A stretch of 63,223 nucleotides of DNA, filler included, from Lenisia limosa (Eukaryota > Protista > Breviatea): the NCBI GenBank assembly GCA_001655205.1. It is 6 parts of 6 records of this genome, joined end to end, with 100 filler letters (N's around TTAATTAATTAA, not from the genome) between each part and the next. Parts side by side here need not be neighbours in the genome. Positions count along the whole stretch, not along the records: positions 1 to 15,672 come from LPNZ01011220.1; 5 more parts are not named here. One strand, given 5' to 3'. The notes beneath the pieces were generated by a model that was given only the letters and a program-made list of their open reading frames with translations, ran no database searches and had not been told where the DNA came from. Shown here piece after piece: positions 1 through 11,100 of the stretch (positions within the stretch are counted from its first letter, which is position 1; every line of letters starts with the position of its first letter). The position numbers and the translations under genes are program-made.

Positions 1-3000
1 GACGACTACCTCATTGACTTCGAAACTGCAGTCAACGTACCGCGACCGGAGAACATTCTGTCACGCGCCTTTGTCTTATTGGCCAAGCCCTGGGAGAGGT
101 TGGTCCGATATAGTTGTTTTTTTGTAGTAAAGTCTCTATTAAAACTAGGATCATAGAGAACTTGAACTGTACACAAAGAAAACACCCGCCAAAAACAACA
201 GTATAACCGCTTTCTATTACCGGCTGTTGTGGGAATCAGGGTTAATATTCAAACAGGCGTTATTTGACAAAAAAAATCTAAATTTCGGACACTTCTTGAG
301 AAAAGAGCAACCTGATACCTCCAGGAACGACCTCGGTACCAACCTGCTGCACATGATGGGCGCCCTGAGCCGTGTCATCCACCCAAGACTCGAGAACGCC
401 TGGGACGACTTGGTCCCCAAACTCTGCAACTATCTGGACAACCACATGGGTGAGTGGAAAGTTTACTCTGTCACCTCCATATCGCGTGACGGTGTTGACG
501 GCTTCGGCTGGATACAACCTTGTTTTATTCTTATCTCTACTCTAAGTATCCTTAACAACTGTATCGTAACCCCACTTTACTAGTAACATAAATGTAGGTG
601 ACAGCTTCCGCCCTGAGGCCTGGGGAGAGCATCTCCTGAAATGGGCGCATTTGACTCTGAAAACCGTCAACGACGACGAGTTCACGCGGGCTCTTGGCGG
701 TGCATTGGCTGTGGTGGGTATGGGGCTTCAGTAGCAGAACAACTGGATAAATAGTGAGGAAAGCTGGATAAATAGTGAGGAAAGCAGGATAATAGTGATG
801 ACAGCTGTAAATAGTGATGTGAGGGTTTCGACCGATTCTCTTCAGACCCAACCGCCTAGGACCTCTACACGCTGTACCCTTCAGGCACTTTCGAACGGCA
901 AATGGCATGCAAACTCCTGGGTCGTGTGCTCTCCTTCTGCCAAAACAGGGTAGGCTGTAAATAATGACTCCATTTCTCGATATTGTTACCACGGCGGTCT
1001 TTGTTTGGACCGTAGGGAGATATAGGCAGAATAACGACAAGCAACCCTATTATCACACTCATGCCTTCTATGTCCATAAGGATAAGGTGGAGGGATTAGA
1101 CCTTACTGCTTTATCAATGTTCTTACTGGTTTAGGCCTTTATCCGCGAGCAGCTTGACATTATGTTCTCTCACATTGACCACGCCAACAAGTCCGACAGA
1201 GAAGGTGTGGCTTCAAACCGTTGAACTATGTAACCTTTGCACAGTGACCGTGATAAATAAATAGTGACCGATAATGTTGAGTCAGTCATTTCTTATCCGT
1301 ATGCGTGTTCAAGCGTTATCCTTACCACCATGCTGCGTTTGTTTTGTTCTCAACACTCGTGTGTTGTCTGCCAACAGAGTTGATTTTGGGCTTTTTGTTT
1401 TGTTTCATATAATTTCCAATTTTATTCCTCCAGGCTGTGCGTTCGGTATTGGACAGTCAGCAGCGACCCATTTGGACATCGCTTTAGAGAAGCTCCTTCA
1501 CGTTACGAAGGTGGGAGTGCACAGAGTCTTATGGAAGTATTTTGTGGTTCAACATGGTCTAATTCCCCATCAACAGGGTTTATTCGGTCTCGGTTTATTC
1601 CTCATTATCACGGTTTATTCTATCATCATCACGGTTTATTCTTCATCTATTCTCTCTCATTATTCTTGCAGAACGACATGGTCAAGAAGTCCTCAGGCTG
1701 GTTCAGCAAGGACAAGAGCNNNNNNNNNNNNNNNNNNNNNNNNNNNNNNNNNNNNNNNNNNNNNNNNNNNNNNNNNNNNNNNNNNNNNNNNNNNNNNNNN
1801 NNNNNNNNNNNNNNNNNNNNNNNNNNNNNNNNGTCCTACTTACAGTGACCGGGTTAAGTCTTGACCGATTTTCTCCATGCTTTCCGAAGGAAAATCGGTC
1901 AACATCAATCCAGGTCACTGTATATTCAAACATGTTTCGTTCAATAGGCTGACCCGAGTAGCGCAGTAGCCCGTCTGGCCCCCTCGGAATTACTTATGTC
2001 ACGCATTGACGTTCACATCACTACCCCCATGATGCCCTTCCTTGCCGCTCCTCCGAGGTTCGAGGGTTTAGTGGTGGAATAAGGGTCAATATTCGATTGT
2101 TAGGAAACGTATCGGATGCTTCTTTTAATATCTTCTCCCTATCACAACACCCCCGAGCTGAAAATTGGGTGACAATTTTGCACTATTATATTTTTATTTT
2201 GTACATAAAAACACGGCTTTTATCCCTTTTTATTTGTTTACAAGATATACTAAACATCGCCGGATCATCAGGACATTGCCTGACTNNNNNNNNNNNNNNN
2301 NNNNNNNNNNNNNNNNNNNNNNNNNNNNNNNNNNNNNNNNNNNNNNNNNNNNNNNNNNNNNNNNNNNNNNNNNNNNNNNNNNNNNNNNNNNNNNNNNNNN
2401 NNNNNNNNNNNNNNNNNNNNNNNNNNNNNNNNNNNNNNNNNNNNNNNNNNNNTTCATTCTGAAGGCACGTGACCACCAACTCAAGACCGTGACAAGGATG
2501 CTCACCGGTCGGCCATGATGGATGGACTTATGCTTATGCTTATGGCTTCCCTACGAATTTCGATATTGGTCTTTTTCGGACCGTAGGGAAGCCCTCTCCA
2601 GCACGAATATAAGATGCTTTGTTGAGTACAGTGTAACGCAACTATTACGATGTGATTGTTATTCAGTTTAGCATTTGCGTGATATTGATAACCCCCCAGG
2701 CTGGGTATGGCCTGAAGCAGAGGACAAGAAAAGACCGCCCTTCCCGACCTCATGGCCCAACATCCCCAACTCCATCCGCATTGTTGCTCTCGACTCCATC
2801 ACCAGCCTCCTGAGCTTGGAGGTTGGCCATGTTTCTTTTCCACCGACCAATTATGTTTCTTTTCATTGCTGGATAAGTCCTGACACGGATATTGAACTTT
2901 ATCTTAGACAATCATGTCAGGACTTATCCATTCAGTGTGCATCTATTCCCCCATGTCCTCGATGTTGAGTCATTAGAGGCACTTCACACCCCTCACTCCC

Positions 3001-6000
3001 CCCATCTGGCTTTTGTCTAGTTTTATCGATGGTTGCTCATTTTGTTATTGCCCATTCGGTTCGTCGTGATTGGTACCTTTACGCCAATATTCGTCATCGA
3101 AATTTCCTTCGTTTTACCCAATTTACCCCCCCCCCTCTAGCCTGCTATGATCCCGTCCGACGACCAGCTTTCCTGCCTATTCCAGGCCCTTCGCCCGGTC
3201 TTTTTCCTCCAGCCCCCCGTGGTGGGTCAAAGCGGTCGTTGTACTTACAAATTAAATTCGTAAATGTACATGTATTATATGTATATTATGATGTAAAAAT
3301 TTTGGGAACATATGGATTTTGTAAACGGTAGTCAGGCTATCCCAAGCTGTAGATATTGCAAAATATCCCTGGGCACATACAAATGGTTTAATATCCCCAT
3401 CATCTGACCACCCAATATATATATGATAGAGTATGTACCATAAAACGGTGTCCTAACTACCTCATCCTCTGACCACCCAGGACAAGAACCAGAAGCCCAT
3501 TGCCGTCGCAGCCGATGAACAGACATGTGACGACGTCTTTGAGGCCTCCCTTGAAGTCTATCGCACCGTCCTGGGCATGAAAACGTGGGGGGTGACTACT
3601 GGGTGACTACTTACAAAGCAGGGTAACAACTTTTCTTGCTATTTGTGACCATATGTTCTCAGTTTAATCACCAAGCTTTCCCGTACATTGATAACTTCTC
3701 ACCCTGGCAGGACAGTAGAATGTCTGTGTCAAACTCTGGACTTCCTCGAGGCCCTGTCACAGGACCCCTCGGAGAACGTCAGGATGCGGGCAGTTACCGC
3801 CAGCAACGCCTGTATCTCACACTTCATCACAATCAAAACCGGCGATGAGGACACTGGTGAGGGGTGGAGTTTGAGGACACTGGTGAGGGTGGAGTTTGAG
3901 GGATATGCAGTGAAAGGGATAAGTCTTGACCGATTTCCCTTGGGAAATCACATTAGTACCAAATCGGTCAAAACTTATCCCAATCACTATATTCCATATC
4001 ATATCATATCCTTGCCATGTTCCTTTTTACTCCGTGTCTGCTCCATTTGATCACTTAGCGCTTAAAAATTCTCAATAAATCCTCAATACTAACAAACCAC
4101 GCAAGTGATCTAGAGATCTCACNNNNNNNNNNNNNNNNNNNNNNNNNNNNNNNNNNNNNNNNNNNNNNNNNNNNNNNNNNNNNNNNNNNNNNNNNNNNNN
4201 NNNNNNNNNNNNNNNNNNNNNNNNNNNNNNNCGCTGGGTCGGCAAGCTGGCACCGCGCTGCACGGACCCCTGTATTGAGCTCCGACGTGAGGCGTTGCGC
4301 GCAATGCATGCCGCTCTGCACCTCGACGCTCTGCTCATCGAATCCGAGGTGGCTGGGACCTTCTTTATAAGGCAACTGCCTAAGGTGGTTATAGTTTCTT
4401 ACAACAACGATTTTCCAAATATCATTACTGTTATTCTCTGCTGAGATTACACTAAATCTAAATCACGCAAGTTATGCACGTTTTCGTTTCTTTTTGTCCT
4501 TTGTCGGGACCAGTTTTGGAACACTATTCTTAACACCTTAGGGCGAGGCATTGATCGAGTCCGAGGGACCCCCGCAGGAAATTGAGGCTCTGTTGACTCT
4601 CGTGGACTCTGCCGATACGTCTACCCCGGCTGAATTGTTCGGCCTGGTGCAGAAGGTGGGGGGGTTGAGCACTTTGCACACTAGAACAATTCAGCCGGGG
4701 TGGGTTTTGCACACTAGATAGTATAGAAAGTTGGTAGTAGTGATATTATGGATAGCATAGATAACATAGGATGATTCCAGTCTTCGTCTTGAGTGTCAAG
4801 GACAAAAGATCCAAATATTACACATGTATGTATTCTTATCTGCATACATGTGGATAAGTAGCTCCATTGTCGACCCCTAATTGCAACAGATTGGCCAGGT
4901 CCTTTCAGAGAACGTCACTGAGGATGATCTGCCCTACCTGATTCAACACCTCATTTTTGCGTGAGAGGAAGGTCCTTTGCAATTGCCTAATGCTGTCAAT
5001 GTCATGGTCAAATCTCTTTGTTCCCATTGTTCACCCCATCCCCCTGTCCAATAAATTGTTCAAATTTTACGTATACGCTGGAGTGTGCTGCAGAAGCGAC
5101 TGGCCTAGGCTTTGTTTGTTTTGTTGTTNNNNNNNNNNNNNNNNNNNNNNNNNNNNNNNNNNNNNNNNNNNNNNNNNNNNNNNNNNNNNNNNNNNNNNNN
5201 NNNNNNNNNNNNNNNNNCAGACTGACCGACCTGACGCCAACCGGAGCGAGTGGCGCAGTCGTGGTGCTCAATGCGGTGTTTAAGGCCCGAGCCGAGGAAA
5301 TGACCACTTACGTCGCCGGCTGCATCGATGGTGGGTTTTTTGGGAACAAAAAGAGTATATCTGTCAAGATACCAAAGCTGTGTGACAGAGTTGTCAGGCA
5401 AATGATTGGGTAAATTAGTACAAGAATCTAATATCTCTTTTAAGTGTAATGGTGTNNNNNNNNNNNNNNNNNNNNNNNNNNNNNNNNNNNNNNNNNNNNN
5501 NNNNNNNNNNNNNNNNNNNNNNNNNNNNNNNNNNNNNNNNNNNNNNNNNNNNNNNNAATCTTGACCAATTTTGTTATGTGATATCCCAAGGAAAATAAGG
5601 CAAGACTTTTCCCGGTCACTCTATATTAAATAATATATTTTGGGAAACAAATAGATACACAGGGATACCATACACAAATTACTGTGTTGCTCATCTTAGT
5701 TCCCTATCAATAACTTCTCCCTCTCAAATGAACCTGTTTGACCTTGCTTCTTGTCCCTATATCATTAGTTGTGAGACTATTGATAACTTGGGCAGTCTTT
5801 ATTTTTGGCTAATAAATACTGGGATACCCCCCCCCCCATCACGCCTCTCAGGCCTTCGCGTGGCCTTGGGTGAGATGGAGAACGAGCNNNNNNNNNNNNN
5901 NNNNNNNNNNNNNNNNNNNNNNNNNNNNNNNNNNNNNNNNNNNNNNNNNNNNNNNNNNNNNNNNNNNNNNNNNNNNNNNNNNNNNNNNNNNNNNNNNNNN

Positions 6001-9000
6001 NNNNNNNNNNNNNNNNNNNNNNNNNNNNNNNNNNNNNNNNNNNNNNNNNNNNNNNNNNNTAGCGTGATGTTGTGGATAGCTTCGGTAAGATATAGTATAT
6101 TATATTGTTTTGTTTATGATCTCTACATATGAAGGACGCTGAAATCCATAAGCATGTCATATCAGGGTTCTCTGAAAGCCGCAATCATGTCCCTTTACCA
6201 AACCAGTCCGTACTCAACGAGCTGCTTAACAGTCCCATGCCGTTCTCGCCCAAGATCACAAACGTCTTCGCCACTCTGGCCAAGAACCAGACTCTCTTGT
6301 CCAACTGTGTGGCCCATCTTTGTGGTATCCTCAACACCGTGCCTCCTACTGTGGAGGTTGCGAGCCCCAAGTCCAAGGACCAATTCATCATGGTGCCCAA
6401 CAAGTGGGGAATGTGATCGCTTTTATGATAAACTTCATCGTTTTGTTTTTAGCCATATGGTTTTTAAAACTTATAAATAGCATCATTTTCAGCCAATGTT
6501 AACATCATCATCATCATCATAATGGAAAGCTGTGGTAGCTCCCCATCACCATCCTCTCCTCACCTCCCAGAACCATCATGGCCGCAACCGAGGGTCTGGC
6601 TGCCTTGTGTCATACCGAGGAAATGGGAGCTGTAAGGGGGCTGCTGAAAAAGTGGAGTTATTCATAGAGGTCCGAAAATGACCTTGAAAATATCGATGTT
6701 TATCGAGGATTTATCGAGAAATGCAGTCTTTTTTGGGATAGTAAAGAAACCCTAATTATACTGTATAACAGCTAAAGCTTCACTTCGGTTCAGTAAAATA
6801 TCGACAGTTTTCGAGGATTTATGGAGTCAGTCTTTTTTCGAACCGAAGTGAACCCTAATTACAGGCTATATGACACCCTAGGCCTTCGAAGACGAGGTTT
6901 CGATATTGGTGAGCACGGCGATCCTGCGTGTCGGCTCGGCTGCTGACCTCGAGAAACTGGATGGAGTGCTGCCTTCCGATCAGGTGGGGGGGGGGTTGAT
7001 TTTTATNNNNNNNNNNNNNNNNNNNNNNNNNNNNNNNNNNNNNNNNNNNNNNNNNNNNNNNNNNNNNNNNNNNNNNNNNNNNNNACAACCAGGTGTGTGT
7101 GAATGTTTGACGGGAGCACATTCATTATCCCATCTAGGCAGCCATGTTGGTGAAGTCCCTCTGTTTTGCTGCCGGCGAGGACGAGCTTGCTCAGGTTGGG
7201 AGGGGCGATTTCTATTAAGAATTCTGGCATAAAGGCAAGAACTGAAGAATCTGAAACCCAATCAAACCTTATTCAAGCGTTTCAGCTTAGCAATAATGTC
7301 TGGCAATAAACAGTAATAACAATACATATTTTTTTGAGCTTTGGATGCTGTGACTTGATACCTGGCAATAACGTACACAGCAAATGGAGGCTGCCAGCGC
7401 GGACTTCGCATCGTCCCTGTCGTACCCCCATCATTTGGTCATCTTCACGAACACCATCTTCAAAGTAGTCTTGAGGATTTTTTGTAAACATTGTATTTTT
7501 GGGGATTCAAGTGAGAACTCTACTTTGTTTAATCTGCTTGTGCTCTACGCATTAGCTTCTTTACCAAATTAACTGAAGGGCAGTGTTTTTAGAAAAGCTG
7601 AATAATGGTTGCAGCTTTTCGAGGGCATCATTCCTCCCGTCTTCAAGAGACTGTCCACCACGGCGTCCCTCTCCACCCACGGCTTCAGACTCACTTCCAT
7701 TGTGGCTATTGGTGGAGGGGGGGGGATGATGGAATGGGCTGTAATTGGGACTTCACTTCGGTACGAAAATATCGGTAAAATATCGAAATATATCGATATC
7801 GAGGATTTCAGCCATTTTGGGACCAGTTAGCTGCAACACTGCTCTTGTTGACTGTATTGATAGATTGCTGTGCACAGGCAAATGTTTGGGTGAATTAAAA
7901 TTAAACTCTAATCCAATATCTCTATTAATAAAGCTTGATGCTGTGGACGATTTCTGCCAGATATTCCTACATATTGTGGTTCTTTGTACCCCCGTTTCTT
8001 TCAGTTCAGCTGATCTCTGTAGGAGTGGTTCTCGACAATTTACCGCCCGAAAGCACTGTTGCTACCGATTTACTCCATCAGGTTTGAAGATTACCACTAA
8101 ATATCGGAGAAGAAGTGGTGTACTTACCATATTAGGCATGTGTCAACGTTCTTCTTGCCTTTGTGACAGACAAGTCCGAAGTGATTCGAGTACATTGCTT
8201 CAGGTAAGGTACCCTCCAGGCCCATCAGAGCTGATTCTGGGGTGTTGTTTCACAAATTCTCCATCCCTCCCCCATAAACTACCCATTTTTTCGCCATCAA
8301 CATTTTTCTAACCCCCAGGTCTCTGGGCAACCTGGTGAGCGCAGGCGCCACCGCTGTCGGCCGTTACGCGTCGCCGATCATGAACGCCCTTCTTGCTGGT
8401 GGGAGGGGTGGTGGTGATACTATTACCTGCTTGTCTGATATCTGTCTGTCCGCGATAGGATGTTATCAGCCTTTGTGTGTTNNNNNNNNNNNNNNNNNNN
8501 NNNNNNNNNNNNNNNNNNNNNNNNNNNNNNNNNNNNNNNNNNNNNNNNNNNNNNNNNNNNGTTTCAATTTTTTTCCAATTTTACTCCCGTGTAGGCATCG
8601 ACGACTCAGTGGACGACAACGGTATGGAGGCTATGAAGAGTCTCAGTCGCATCTTCGAGGTTGTGGACGAGGTTGGTAATGGGACTCTGTACAGAATGTG
8701 CTCTTCCTTACTTAATTGATACATTTACATTCTTGTTCTTAAAAATGGGAAGGATATGAATAGGGCTTCCCTACNNNNNNNNNNNNNNNNNNNNNNNNNN
8801 NNNNNNNNNNNNNNNNNNNNNNNNNNNNNNNNNNNNNNNNNNNNNNNNNNNNNNNNNNNNNNNNNNNNNNNNNNNNNNNNNNNNNNNNNNNNNNNNNNNN
8901 NNNNNNNNNNNNNNNNNNNNNNNNNNNNNNNNNNNNNNNNNNNNNNNNNNNNNNNNNNNNNNNNNNNNNNNNNNNCATCCGCGCGGCTGCCGTGGTTCTC

Positions 9001-10899
9001 TTCGGAACCCTTCACCGCTTCGGCAAGATTCCGGGCATCGATGTTGGCGGGCCCTAGTTTATCTCACCAAAGCTGCCCCCCATCCCCCCTCCAGAGCCCC
9101 ATAACTGTACTTAGCTATTTGGAGCTGAATACAAGCTTAGTGCTCTTTTAAATAATGTTACGTACAATATTTAAGCTTGGTATTAAGCGATAAAGAGAGG
9201 GGGAAAACGTTTCAGCTGAGGGGAAATTCCGTGTTTTCGGGGGTTCTTCTTCGGTACCTCGAGCATGTTAACAGTTCGTAAGGATCCTAGTTTCAAAAGA
9301 GACTTTCAAAAAGAGCATTCTATAACGCATTTAGGACACCTTCCGTGAGCAGATCCACACCAACCTTATGACTCTCATGGTGCATCTCAACGATGAATGT
9401 AGCGAGGTCCGTGGCAAGGGTTGATAGTTATTCAGTGACCGGGATTAGTCTTGACCGATTTGCACTTTGATTTCCCATGGAAAATCGGTTAAGACTTATC
9501 TCAGTCACTGTATACTGTATATATAGTATACACAATATATATGGTAGCCACAAGTACTCACCCCACCCCCCCAGGTTAGTGCCGCATGCCGGTCCACTAT
9601 CAGATGTCTCGCGCCCCTCCTCAATTCTGACGATCTCACTGATCGTGTGGCTCAGCAAGAGTGCGTATGGCTTGGAAAATGGAATTAGGGCTTTGCGGCG
9701 ATCCGAAAAAGTCCGGCAAAATATCGATATTGATCGAATATTTATCGAGAAATTCAGTCTTTTTTGGGACCGTTGGGAAGCTCTAAATGGATTATTAGTG
9801 CAAATGTTGTTAATAGATTCGTGACTCTATGGGTGTAATTAAACCCTCTTTTAATAAATAGCTGATATTCCACCAAAGACCCTTCATTTATCATTATGAG
9901 ATATTTCACCAAAGACTCTTTGCATTGATCATTATTAAATCGGATAAGCGTGGTGGTTTGTAGGACGGCTTCAGCCAGATACAAGTTGTTACCCCACATA
10001 AACCTGATGCTTTAGCTTTGACGAAACCTGTGTTGGCGGCTACTATGATACTCTGGACTCCATGTGTAAGGTAATAGGGTCCTCACTATTATGTAACAAC
10101 GAGCAAGTTGAGTGATTATTATTAGGGCGCACTGCAATTAATTTTTTGAGGAAATCAATTGACAAAATTGGATAATTAAGTATCTGAAATGGGGTTCTCG
10201 TTACAATATGTCGACTTCAAATTTTGAAATTCTTGGTTGTTTGGAGTTATAATTAATATATAACATGGCAACACAAGGTAACATGTAGAGTAGCATAATA
10301 ACATATGCATTTGAGTTCAATTCTCACCCCCCCCCCCAGATCCTTGCTACGGACTTCCCAGAAAAGTCCTCCTTCTACNNNNNNNNNNCATTGTACAGTT
10401 CTTCTCGAGCCAACATGAGTACATCAAAACAAACGCTGCTCAGCTTCTCTGTGGGTTTCGTCACCTGCTGATAGTGTAGACTGTAATCCAATATCTCAAT
10501 GAAGCGTGAGGCTTCGGCCAGATACAACCTTGTTTTATTTCCCCTCTCAGTATATCCTAATAAGGGGGTTCGCAATATCTCACAGACTTAGGCTGTATCC
10601 TCTTCTTCACTCCAAACGACTCTCGACAAACTCTTTCTGTTGACAGGTCGGGGGGGGGGGNNNNNNNNNNNNNNNNNNNNNNNNNNNNNNNNNNNNNNNN
10701 NNNNNNNNNNCTTTTGGGCGGAACATCCATTGTCTACTGCTGATAACGACTGGCCTGGGCTTTTTTGTTTCATCAATTTCCACTTTCCTCCCCTTTACGC
10801 ATTAGTGTGTCGCATGGTCTGACGGGGCTGATGAGGGATCCCAGCTCTTCAGTCCGCGCCGCTGCCGTGTTGGCCATGGGCCGCCTCTACGAGTACTAG
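1..10899 (+). CDS. MROH1: Maestro heat-like repeat protein (MROH1/SGR6 family), 5' partial, more than 30 exons
   Basis: Spliced exons give VPRPENILSRAFVLL, GCAFGIGQSAATHLDIALEKL, FILKARDHQL, WVGKLAPRCTDP, FREQIHTNLMTLMVHLND, and a last exon LMRDPSSSVRAAAVLAMGRLYEY* (TAG 10897-10899). These match recalled MROH1/SGR6 motifs in order. Confidence 0.85.
743..823. repeat. 21-bp intronic minisatellite x4
   Basis: CTGGATAAATAGTGAGGAAAG, decaying in later copies. Confidence 0.9.
1843..1920. mobile_element. Tc1/mariner-type MITE family B
   Basis: TA-CAGTGACC...GGTCACTG-TA with about 30-bp TIRs. Confidence 0.8.
3908..3989. mobile_element. Tc1/mariner-type MITE family B
   Basis: GGGATAAGTCTTGACCGATTT / AAATCGGTCAAAACTTATCCC. 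Confidence 0.75.
6775..6857. mobile_element. hAT-type MITE family A (a second decayed copy lies at about 6660-6755)
   Basis: CTTCACTTCGGTTC...GAACCGAAGTGAACCCTA. Confidence 0.75.
9433..9510. mobile_element. Tc1/mariner-type MITE family B
   Basis: Same TIRs; right flank TA. Confidence 0.8.
9686..9785. mobile_element. hAT-type MITE family A
   Basis: TAGGGC...CTCTA termini; TSD aatggaat/aatggatt. Confidence 0.75.
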
Positions 10900-11100
10900 T
10901 TCTTATTGTGTTGTATTGATGTGGAATGCATCCCTATCAAGTTACAACTTGGCTCAAAAGGGGGTGGCTTTGTAGTTAAAAAAATAAAAAGTGATAAATG
11001 TGGAGCTACATTTTTAGAAAAGCCCAACTGGTCTATGGTACAAAATTTCTGCTGCAAAAAAAGAAAGAAGAAAACGTGGGGAATAAGACCCGAAACAATC

